Origin: an uncultured Actinomycetota bacterium
GTDB taxonomy: Bacteria; Actinomycetota; Actinomycetes; JACCUZ01
NCBI GenBank assembly: GCA_963751035.1
Contig: CAVVSW010000005.1
Location: forward strand, 2,054,003 to 2,118,002
DNA length: 64,000 bases
Direction of reading: 5' to 3'
In this document: positions 47,309 through 56,387 of the stretch, in pieces
Position numbering within the stretch: the first letter of the stretch is position 1
How the letters are laid out: the number at the start of each line of letters is the position of its first letter
Notes under the pieces: generated by a model
Database searches by the model: none
What the model saw: only the letters and a program-made list of their open reading frames with translations
What the model was told of the DNA's origin: nothing
Position numbers and translations under genes: made by a program

Positions 47309-49587
47309 TCAGGGGACAACAGGAGAGCGCACGCCGACACGACTGGCGCCGGAGCCGTTCCAGTCGCCGTCCATAACCCGATCAGCGCCACCCCCCCAGT
47401 AGAACATCAGGTCGGGAGAACCGTCGGTGTTGGCGTTCTTGAGCTGCCAGAGGAGCTGGGACGAGGACCCCCGGGCCACGCCGATCGACGCCTTGCCGTC
47501 ACCGTCCCAGTCGCCGGCCACCGCAGCGCCGCATCCGCAGCCGTAGTGGGCCCGGGTGCTGGGACTGCCCGCAGAGAGGGCGTTCCGCAGTGCCCAGGAG
47601 AAGCTGCCGTCAGTGTTGGTGCTGACCACGGCCGCTGTGTCCGTGCCGTTGCCGTCCCAGTCCCCCACCAGTCCCAGGTCCGTCTGCACGCCGTAGAAGA
47701 ACTCGTATTGGGGACTGCTCACCGCGTTGGCATTGGACAACCGCCAGCGCAGCCGCCCGTTCTGGTTGCAGATCAGTCCGGGCGTCGTGGTGCCGTCACC
47801 GTTCCAGTCCCCCGTGGTCGGCGCGCAGCTGGTCGCCAGACCGTAGGTGAACGAGTAGTCAGGGGTTCCGGTGCTGTTGTCGTCCTTGAGACGCCAGCGC
47901 CATGCACCGCCGACGATGTCCACGACCCCCGGTGTCGAGTCGCCGTCGCCGTCCCAGTCCCCCACGACTCCGACCGCTCTCGTCGTTCCGTAGGCGAACG
48001 TCGTCGGGGTGCCGTTGGTGCCGTTGTCCGCGGCCTGTGACCACTGCAGCGCAGTCACACTCTTCTGGACCTTCACACCCGTCGGCGCGGTGACGGTAAC
48101 CACGCCCTGGTAGGGAAACGACCGCTCCGACCCGTACCAGGCCTCGACCACGACGTCGTACACGCCGGGCCGGGCGAGCTGCCCGGTCACGTTGTGCCCG
48201 TCCCAGACCGCGTTGACCGAACCGAACCCAACGATGCGACGGACCGGGATGCCGGTGAGCCGGTCAGTGATCTGGACCGACCATCGCGTTGCGCTCGGGT
48301 ACTTGTACTGCCTGGCAGTGATGCTGACCGGGGTTCCCTTTCCGTACCCGACCGCAGCTGGCGCCACCGACGGGTTGATCAGAGAGACTCCGATCCCGGC
48401 CGCCACCGTGCTCCTGATGGTCGACACCTTCGCGTAGAGGTTCTTTCCGGGGCAGCTGGTGTAGCCCATGTTGCGGTGCGCTGAGATGACACCGATCGTG
48501 ACCTTCGTGCCCGCGGCATAGCGCGATGTCCCGCCTCCGCTGGACGTCAGGGTGGTGGTGCCGTTGGGATCGCGGTAGTGCAGGGACAGCTTCCAGCGCC
48601 ATCACCTTGGCGATCGCGGTTGTCATCGCCGCCGGGGCGGCCACCTTGTCGTAGTTGCCGATCGCGGAGACGGCGAAGGTGTCGGTGTTGAAGCCGCCGG
48701 TATGGGCACCCATCACCGGCTTGCTGATGCCGCCGTAACGGCCCTCCCAGAGCCGGCCGAAGCGGTCGACGAGGAAGTTGTATCCGATGTCCGACCAGCC
48801 GTTGCTCTTCGTGTGGTACGCGTAGATGCCGCGCAGGATCTTGGGCACCTCGGCGGCGGAGTAGCCGTTGGCGCTCGCTGTGTGGTGGACGAAGCCCGCC
48901 TTGATCGTGGCGGAGTAGCTCGGCGAACCGTCGCGCAGCGACTCGTCCGCGCCCCACTGGGCGCGGGTGAAGATCGTGCGGCTGAGCGGTTGCCGCCGCG
49001 GCCGAGGACATCGGGGCACCGGCGCCGACCGTGGCGTCCGCGCGGGACTCTCCGGGGTCGACCAGGTCCACACGCACATCGGCCGGCAGCGTGCCGCTGC
49101 GCACGTCGATGCGCACCTGGTAGCCGTCGGAGGGGCCGGCGTACAGCGGCTCGGTCCCGGCCCGCACGTCGTCCCCCTCGGACTTGTCGGGGGTGGGCGC
49201 CGGCTCCAGCGCGGTCCACGCGGTCCAGCCGGTCTCGCCGTGGGTGCGCACGAGCACGGTCAGGTCGGCGGCCGTCCCGGCCCGCCAGGTGACACCGAGC
49301 AGCTCGAAGTCGGCGCTCCCGCGGGCCTTGGTGAACACGGCCGGCCGGCTGGGCGCCTTGCCGCGCTGGTGCGGCGCGAGCACGTCGGCCCGGGCCTCGG
49401 CGGAGACATCCTCGCTGGCGGCGCCGGCGCTGCTGCGCAGCGCCGGGTCATCGACCCCGGCGAGGGCGACGGCACGGACCTCGGGGGCCACCGGCTGCGG
49501 CTTGGCGACCGGGGGGCTGAGCACGGGCAGGGCGGAGAGGGCGGGCACCGCCACGCTGAGCAACAGGAACGAGGGAGCCTTGCGCAT
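47309..49587 (-). pseudogene. Secreted N-acetylmuramoyl-L-alanine amidase (PGRP/amidase_2) with Ig-like domain and five FG-GAP/VCBS-like repeats; two frame interruptions (~48.99 and ~48.596 kb)
   Basis: Three ORF pieces. 48547..49641 holds the signal MRKAPSFLLLSVAVPALSA. 48264..49079 holds IFTRAQWGADESLR..GFVHHTASANGY..IGYNFLVDRFGRLWEGR..GAHTGGFNTDTFAVSAIGNY. 47309..48469 holds ..WKLSLHYRDP..SAHRNMGYTSCPGKNLY.., then 5x GDW(D/N)G(D/N/S)G repeats. Confidence 0.75.
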
Positions 49588-49733
49588 GAAAGAGACCTTC
49601 GGCAGGGGGCGTCGGCAGGCGTCCCCGAGAGGGCCGCGCACCGCGTGTCGAGCGGTGTTCTGTGACCGTTGTTGCCAGTGAGTCCCGTGGTGCTGGTGGG
49701 ATCACCAACCGGCAGTCTGTCCTGAATCGGCCG

Positions 49734-49755
49734 TTGGTCAAGGGGCCTTGACCAA
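49734..49755. promoter_or_regulatory. Perfect 10-bp inverted repeat TTGGTCAAGG-gg-CCTTGACCAA in the amidase/TIGR03089 divergent intergenic region
   Basis: Read directly (arms 49734-49743 and 49746-49755). It sits in a 278-bp divergent spacer that also contains AAATTTTGC and a GACAAC direct repeat. Operator function is inference only. Confidence 0.3.
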
Positions 49756-49865
49756 ACCGGCGCAGATGGACCGCAAATTTTGCGACAACGGTGACAACCG
49801 GACGGCGACCCCGCGCGTCTCTGTGGGCTGGGTGCGCTGCTGCGCCGGTCCTAGGCTGACTCCCG

Positions 49866-50666
49866 ATGACCCCGGACCGGCTGCTCACCCAGGCGGTGGC
49901 CGACGACCCGGCCCGGCCGCTGATCACGTTCTACGACGACAGCGCTGGCGAGCGGGTGGAGCTGTCCGTCGTCACGTTCGCCAACTGGGTCGCCAAGACC
50001 GCGAACCTGCTGGTGGACGGGCTGGCGCGCGCAGCCCGGGCAGCGGGTGTCCCTGGACCTGCCGGCGCACTGGCAGGGAGCGGTCTGGCACGCGGCCTGC
50101 TGGGCGGCCGGGCTGGTGACCGTGCCCGGGGCCACCGCGGGGACGGCAGGGGGCGTCCCCATCGACATCGCGGTGCTGGCCGTCGCGGCGCGCGGCGCAG
50201 GCGGCGGGCGCGCGGTCCCGGCGGCCGAGGAGGTCGTCGGACTCGGCCTGGGGCCGATGGGGCTGCCCCGGCGCGGGATCGACCTCCCGGCGTACGTCAC
50301 GCTCGACTACGACCGCGAGATCCATGGGTACGGCGACCTCTTCCGGCCGCCGGCCGGGACTCGCCCCGAGCGGCCGGCGCTGCTGGCCGACGGCACCCTG
50401 CACAGCGCGGCCGAGCTCGGCGCCGCCACGACGGCGCAGCCTCGAGCGCTGGGCGCTGCCCCCCGGCGCGCGCATCCTGTCGGTGCTGCCCTTCGACAGC
50501 CTGCCGGCGATCGTCTGCCGGCCTGCTCGGGCCGCTCGCGAACGACGGCGGGACCGTGCTCTGCCGCCGGGCCGACTCCGGCCTGCTGGCGGCCCGGGTC
50601 GAGGCCGAGCAGGTGAGCGCCGTCGCCGGGCTGCCCGAGGGCGCGGCCCCGGCCTGCCCAGGTTGA
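49866..50666 (+). pseudogene. TIGR03089-family (Rv3268-like) protein, three single-base insertions (~50.027, ~50.437, 50.516 kb)
   Basis: MTPDRLLTQAVADDPARPLITFYDDSAGERVELSVVTFANWVAKTANLLVDGL|..QRVSLDLPAHWQGAVWHAACWAAGLV..|..LERWALPPGARILSVLPFDSLPAIV|AGLLGPLANDGGTVL.. Reassembled from ORFs 49866.., 50047.. and 50324.. Family call is from memory and from its position next to LCP. Confidence 0.55.
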
Positions 50667-50707
50667 CCTAGACTGGCAGGTCTGCCCCCGCGTGCTCACG
50701 ACGCCGC

Positions 50708-52192
50708 ATGCCCGGCCGAAGGACACTGTTCTTGTCAGCCTTGCCGACCCACCGACGGACGCACGCGCGCCATGTCGCGCGGCGTCGGCCGCTGCGACGG
50801 CTGCTCACGGCCCTGATGGTGACCTTCGCGGTGCTGCTGGTTACCGGGTCGGCCGGCGCGTTCGTCGCCTACTACAAGATCAACAACAACATCACGAGCC
50901 AGGACCTCACGGGGCTGCTCGGCGACCGGCCCGAGGTGATCGCGGAGGGCGAGGAGGAGACCCGCGCTCAACATCCTGCTGATCGGCTCGGACAAGCGGT
51001 CCGGCGCGGCTGCGCGCAACATCGGCGGTGCCCGCTCGGACACGACGATCCTGCTCCACCTCGCAGCGGACCGGAGAGTCGCGGTGCTGGTCAGCATCCC
51101 GCGCGACTCGATCGTCGACATCCCCGCGTGCAAGCGCCCTGACGGCAGCCGCACTGTCGCGCAGACCGCGCGGTTCAACGCGGCCTACTCCCTGGCCGGC
51201 GCGGCGTGCACGATCCGGACCGTTGAGCAGATCACCGACATCCGGATCGACCATCACGTCGTGATCGACTTCCGCGGCTTCAAGCAGATGGTCGACGCCC
51301 TCGACGGCGTGGAGATCTGCCTGCCGGAGCGCGTGGACGACGACACGTCGAAGCTGCACCTCGACGCCGGGCGGCAGACCGTCGACGGCGCGGACGCGCT
51401 GGCCTACGTCCGGACCCGCAAGCAGCTCGGCAACGGCAGCGACCTCAGCCGGATCGACCGCCAGCAGGCGTTCCTCTCCTCCATGGTCGACAAGGTCTCC
51501 AACCGCGGCCTGCTGCTGCGACCCGACCGGCTGCTCTCCTTCCTCGACGCGGCGACGAAGTCGCATCACCACCGACCCCGGCCTGGCGAGTCTCAACGAC
51601 CTGCGCAAGCTGGCCCAGAGCGTCAAGAAGCATGGACACCGATGCCGTCACGTTCGTGACGGTGCCCAACGAGGCCAACCCGGCCGACCAGGGCAACACC
51701 GTGATCTTCCGGGAAGCCGACTCGGACGCGCTGTGGACGTCGCTGCGCTTCGACCGGCCGCTGCCCGGCCAGGAGAAGAAGAAGCCCGGGACGGCTGCTC
51801 CGCAGACAGGTCCCCCACTGCGCACCCCGCCGGAGAACATCCGGGTCGAGGTGCTCAACGGATCCGGCGTTCCGGGCGCCGCCACCCGGCTGGCCGAGCG
51901 CCTGCAGGCCGGCGGGTTCGTCGTGACCGGGGTGGGCACCGCCGACCGTGACGACTACACGACGACGACGGTGCGCCACGACCCGGCGTACGACGAGTCC
52001 GGTCGCACGTTGAACGCGGCCCTCTCCGGCTCCACCATCGCCGAGGATGCCTCGCTCGGGCGCACCCTCGTCGTCGTGGTCGGGTCTGACCACCCCGAGG
52101 TCGTGCCCGTGACGATCGCCGGCTCGACGGCCTCGCCGCAGCCGGAGCCCAGCATCACCACCCGAAGCGCCAGCCAGGACATCTGCACCTGA
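50708..52192 (+). pseudogene. LytR-CpsA-Psr (LCP) family glycopolymer transferase with LytR_C domain, three single-base insertions (50960, 51564, 51631)
   Basis: N-terminal TM (LLTALMVTFAVLLVTGSAGAFVAYY). ..EGEEE|PALNILLIGSDKRSG..RSDTTILLHLAADRRVAVLVSIPRDS..VIDFRGFKQMVDALDGVEI..DRQQAFLSSM..ATKS|ITTDPGLASLNDLRKLAQSVKK|MDTDAVTFVTVP..IRVEVLNGSGVPGAATRLAERLQAGGF. Confidence 0.85.
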
Positions 52193-52244
52193 GCGCGCGT
52201 CGCTAGCGTCCGCCCGAATCCCCCACGACGAGAGACTCTCCCGC

Positions 52245-53027
52245 ATGGACAAGGTCGTCCCCTCCGCCGCTGACGCCGTCGCGGACATCCCCGACGGCGC
52301 CTCGATGGCCGTCGGCGGGTTCGGGCTCTGCGGCGTCCCGACCGAGCTGATCAAGGCACTCCACGACGCGGGGACCAGCGAGCTGCGGGTCGTGTCGAAC
52401 AACTGCGGCGTGGACGAGTGGGGCCTCGGCATCCTGTTGAGCGACAAGCGGATCGCGCGGATGACCTCGTCGTACGTCGGTGAGAACAAGGAGTTCGCGC
52501 GGCAGTTCCTGTCCGGCGAGCTCGAGGTCGAGCTGACGCCGCAGGGCACCCTGGCCGAGCGGCTGCGCGCCGGCGGTTCCGGCATCCCCGCCTTCTACAC
52601 CGCCACCGGCGTGGGCACCCAGGTCGCCGAGGGAGGCCTGCCCTGGCGCTACGGGGCAGACGGGTCGGTCGTCCTCGCGTCGCCGGCGAAGGAGACGCGC
52701 GAGTTCCAGGCCGACGGGGACACGCGCACCTACGTGCTCGAGGAGGCGATCGTCACCGACTTCGCCCTGGTGCACGCATGGAAGGGCGACCGGCACGGCA
52801 ACCTCGTGTTCCGCGAGAGCGCTCGCAACTTCAACCCGCTGTGCGCCGGCGCCGGTCGCGTGACCATCGCGCAGGTCGAGCATCTGGTGGACGTCGGCGA
52901 GATCAAGCCCGAGGACGTGCACACGCCGGGCATCTTCGTCCAGCGCGTGGTCGAGGTGCCCGACATCGAGAAGCGCATCGAGCGGCGCACGGTCCGCTCG
53001 CGCCAGAGCGACGGGCAGGGGGCCTGA
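52245..53027 (+). CDS. scoA: 3-oxoacid CoA-transferase subunit A
   Basis: [59 protein letters not shown].. 260 aa. Confidence 0.92.
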   Translation: MDKVVPSAADAVADIPDGASMAVGGFGLCGVPTELIKALHDAGTSELRVVSNNCGVDEWGLGILLSDKRIARMTSSYVGENKEFARQFLSGELEVELTPQGTLAERLRAGGSGIPAFYTATGVGTQVAEGGLPWRYGADGSVVLASPAKETREFQADGDTRTYVLEEAIVTDFALVHAWKGDRHGNLVFRESARNFNPLCAGAGRVTIAQVEHLVDVGEIKPEDVHTPGIFVQRVVEVPDIEKRIERRTVRSRQSDGQGA

Positions 53028-53028
53028 C

Positions 53029-53685
53029 ATGGCACTGACCCGCGAGGAGATGGCGGCCCGCGCAGCCCGCGAGCTGGCGGACGGCGAGTACGTCAACCTC
53101 GGCATCGGCCTGCCGACCCTCGTGCCCAACTACATCCCCGACGACGTGACCGTCGTGCTGCAGAGCGAGAACGGCATCCTCGGGGTCGGGCCCTACCCGT
53201 TCGACGGTGACGAGGACCCCGACCTCATCAACGCCGGCAAGGAGACGGTCACCCTGCTGCCCGGCGCATCGTTCTTCGACTCGGCGTCCTCGTTCGGCAT
53301 GATCCGCGGCGGTCACATCGACGCCGCGATCCTCGGCGCGATGCAGGTGTCGCGCACGGGCGACCTGGCCAACTGGATGATCCCGGGAAAGATGGTCAAG
53401 GGCATGGGCGGTGCCATGGACCTCGTGCACGGCGCGAAGCGGGTCATCGTCGTGATGGAGCATGTCGCCCGCGACGGCACCCACAAGATCGTCGACGAGT
53501 GCACACTGCCCTACACCGGGCGCGGTGTCGTCGACCGCATCATCACCGACCTCGCCGTCATCGACGTGACACCGGAGGGACTCGTGCTGCGCGAGCTGGC
53601 GCCGGGTGTCTCGGTCGACGAGCTGCGGGAGCAGACGGGTGCCGAGCTCGCGGTCCCCGCTCCCCCCGCCGTGCTGGCACCATGA
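53029..53685 (+). CDS. scoB: 3-oxoacid CoA-transferase subunit B
   Basis: ..[27 protein letters not shown] (catalytic Glu in SENG)..GGAMDLV.. 218 aa. Confidence 0.92.
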   Translation: MALTREEMAARAARELADGEYVNLGIGLPTLVPNYIPDDVTVVLQSENGILGVGPYPFDGDEDPDLINAGKETVTLLPGASFFDSASSFGMIRGGHIDAAILGAMQVSRTGDLANWMIPGKMVKGMGGAMDLVHGAKRVIVVMEHVARDGTHKIVDECTLPYTGRGVVDRIITDLAVIDVTPEGLVLRELAPGVSVDELREQTGAELAVPAPPAVLAP

Positions 53686-55226
53686 CGACGGCGACCCGAT
53701 CACCGGCCGAGAGCACAGACCCCGCCGTTCCACCGCGGACCAGCCGCCCACCGCTGTGGACCCTGGGCCTCGGGCTGGTCGCCGTCCACCTCGTGGTGAC
53801 GCTGCTCGTTCGCCCCTACCCGCGCTGGAACGACGGGATCTTCGTCCTCAACGACGCGCGGTCGTTCCCCGACGTGCCGCTCGACCACCACGCGCTTCGC
53901 ATCGGAAACCTGCTGCCGACGCGGCTGTTCCTCGACCTGTTCGGCTACGGCCAGGTCGCCTACTACGCCTGGCCGTTCCTCACCGGCATCCTGCTCATCA
54001 TCGCGACCTTCGCCCTGGGCAACGTGCTGTTCGGGCGCTGGGTCGGAGCCTCCGCGGCCCTGCTCATGGTGTTCCACCCGGTGCTCGTCGACACCGAGAT
54101 CCGACCCGGGATCGAGCGCATGACCAGCTGGCAGCTACTGCCGGACATCCCGTCGGCGGCATTCATCACAGTCGGGTTCGCGCTCATGATCGGGGCCGCG
54201 CAACGACGCTCCGCCGATGGCGACAGCGACGGCGGTCCGACGTGGTGGTACGTCGCGGCGGGCCTGTGCTTCGGTTGGTCCTACCTGGTGCGCGAGCTCT
54301 CGGTGTTCGTCTTCCCGGTCATCGTCGGGGTCCTTCTCGCGTGGCGGCTGCCCCTGCGCCGATGGGTGCAGGTCGCGCTGCCGATGCTCGCCTGCCTGGC
54401 CCTGGAGCTGGTCCTGGCCTTCGCCGTCCACGGCGACGCGCTGGCCCGCCTGCACGTCGGCATCGAGCACGGCGGGGTGCCGCGGACCGAGCTGACGCGG
54501 ACGGACGCCCTGCTGCGGCTGCCACGCGTGATCGTGGCCTACCCGCAGACCACCGTCGTACTGGCCAGCATCGTGCTCACCATCCTCGGCGCCCTGCTCG
54601 TGCGACGGCGGGGCAACGTGCTGATGCTGGGTTGGTTCGTCTCGGTGTGGCTCCCGTTGACGCTGGTGTCAGGGCTCCTCCACCCCGACTACATCAAGAT
54701 CAACGCCACGCTGATGCGCTACTGGATCCCGGTCCTGCCCGCCCTGTGCATCGGCGCGGCGGCGGCGGTCGCCGCGGCCCTGGACGCCGTACGACGTCGG
54801 GCGCCCGTCAGCGCGCAGCGGCGGGTCGCTCTCGGCTGCGCCCTGGTCGCCCTCGCCGCCCTTGCGGTGTGGATCGTCCCGCTCGGCGACGACATCGCCG
54901 ACAACCCGCGGGACGCCACCTGGAACTCGATGCGCGCCGAGCTGAAGAACATCGACGAGCAGGTGGACACGGTGATCGCCGACGACCGGACGGCGCTCAT
55001 CCTGGGCATCTACCAGCGCGAGCCGATCGGTGGTGACTTCGCCTGGCAGGCGGACATCGACGCGGTGCCGCACAGCCAGGCCGAGCCACCCCCACCGGAC
55101 GGCGCCGGCACGTTCCTGCTCTGGACGCCACAGCTCTCTCGGCGCCCACCAGGCCCGGACTCGGGCTGGACCCTGGTCTCCAGCCAGCCGGGCCTGCGGC
55201 TCTACGCGCCGAGCAGCGGGCAGTAG
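53682..55226 (+). CDS. Polytopic membrane protein, putative GT-C-fold (ArnT/PMT_2-like) glycosyltransferase
   Basis: ATG 53682 overlaps the scoB stop (ATGA) and is in the frame of ORF 53499..55226. 514 aa with at least 10 hydrophobic segments, a first-loop acidic motif ([15 protein letters not shown]) and a ~100-aa C-terminal soluble domain. The family call is tentative. Confidence 0.55.
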   Translation: MTTATRSPAESTDPAVPPRTSRPPLWTLGLGLVAVHLVVTLLVRPYPRWNDGIFVLNDARSFPDVPLDHHALRIGNLLPTRLFLDLFGYGQVAYYAWPFLTGILLIIATFALGNVLFGRWVGASAALLMVFHPVLVDTEIRPGIERMTSWQLLPDIPSAAFITVGFALMIGAAQRRSADGDSDGGPTWWYVAAGLCFGWSYLVRELSVFVFPVIVGVLLAWRLPLRRWVQVALPMLACLALELVLAFAVHGDALARLHVGIEHGGVPRTELTRTDALLRLPRVIVAYPQTTVVLASIVLTILGALLVRRRGNVLMLGWFVSVWLPLTLVSGLLHPDYIKINATLMRYWIPVLPALCIGAAAAVAAALDAVRRRAPVSAQRRVALGCALVALAALAVWIVPLGDDIADNPRDATWNSMRAELKNIDEQVDTVIADDRTALILGIYQREPIGGDFAWQADIDAVPHSQAEPPPPDGAGTFLLWTPQLSRRPPGPDSGWTLVSSQPGLRLYAPSSGQ

Positions 55227-55238
55227 GCGAGCGCCCGG

Positions 55239-56387
55239 TCAGCGCTCGACCAGGGCGAAGACGTCCTCCCACTCGGCAGCGATCGCGTCGGGCGTGAACC
55301 GGCGCACGCTGTGCCGGGCAGCGGCACCGAGCCGGTGCCGCAGGTCGTCGTCGTCCATCAGGGTCCGCAACGCGGCCGCGAAGGCGGCCACGTTGCGTGG
55401 CTGCACCACGATGCCGTCCTGGCCGTCGGTGATGATCTCGCGCACCCCGGCTGCGCAGTCGAACGCGACGCAGGGCACCCCGCACGCCATCGCCTCGGCC
55501 AACGCCATCGGCAGCCCCTCATGGATAGAGGACAGGGCGAAGATCGAGCCGGCCCTGAGCTCGGCCTCGATGTCCTCCGCCAGGCCTGGCAGCTGCACCT
55601 GCGCCTCGAGCCCGAGCCGGCGCACCTGGTCCTGCAGCTCGGCGTGCAAGGGCCCGTGGCCGAAGATCCGCAGCGACCAGTCGGCGTGGTCGGGCGCCAC
55701 GGCGGCGAACGCGTCGATGAGCCGGTCGTAGCCCTTCTCCGGCGCGTAGCGACCGGCAGCGACGATCACCTTGCCGTCGAGGTCACTGGTCTGCTCGGGA
55801 TAGAAGCTGAGCGGGTTGTGCATGACCCCCACGTTGTTGAACCCCTCCCGCTCGAAGCAGTCGGCGTCGTGGCGGGTGAGCAGCAGGAGCAGGTCGACGT
55901 CGCGGTAGTGCGTGCGGATCCGCGCGTAGCGGTGCGAGGCGACCGCCGCGTCGAAGGACTCGTGGCTCATGCCGATCACCCTCAGGTGGGCGTGCTCCGC
56001 CGGTGCGACCCACTGCATCGAGAAGACCTGCAGCACGATCACGACGCCGTCGTCGGCGGTCGCGAACTCCGCGCTGAGCCGGTCGACGGCGGCCTTCCGG
56101 GCCCGCTTGTGACGCCACAGGTCGCGCCTGACGCGCGGGTCGACCCGGCCGCGGACGCCGCGTACCCGCGGTGCCGGTGGCGGGAGCTCGTCGTTGAGTA
56201 CGACGTAGCGGTAGGGCCGGTCGCCGTAGTCGTGCGGCGTTGCTGCGTGCTGGACACCGACGACGGTCACCCGGTGGCCGCGGTCGACGAACATCGTCGC
56301 CAGGCTGTGCGCGACTCGCTGCACCCCGCCGAGCTCCTCGACGTTGTTGGCCACCAGGAAGATGTCTCGGGCCCGGCGCTCGCTCAT
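55239..56387 (-). CDS. GT4-family glycosyltransferase
   Basis: ..IFLVANNVEELGGVQRV..AGRYAPEKGYDRLIDAF..IFALSSIHEGLPMALAEAMACGVPCVAFDCAAGVREII. The ATG overlaps the upstream stop (ATGA, 56384-56387). Confidence 0.85.
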   Translation of the reverse strand: MSERRARDIFLVANNVEELGGVQRVAHSLATMFVDRGHRVTVVGVQHAATPHDYGDRPYRYVVLNDELPPPAPRVRGVRGRVDPRVRRDLWRHKRARKAAVDRLSAEFATADDGVVIVLQVFSMQWVAPAEHAHLRVIGMSHESFDAAVASHRYARIRTHYRDVDLLLLLTRHDADCFEREGFNNVGVMHNPLSFYPEQTSDLDGKVIVAAGRYAPEKGYDRLIDAFAAVAPDHADWSLRIFGHGPLHAELQDQVRRLGLEAQVQLPGLAEDIEAELRAGSIFALSSIHEGLPMALAEAMACGVPCVAFDCAAGVREIITDGQDGIVVQPRNVAAFAAALRTLMDDDDLRHRLGAAARHSVRRFTPDAIAAEWEDVFALVER

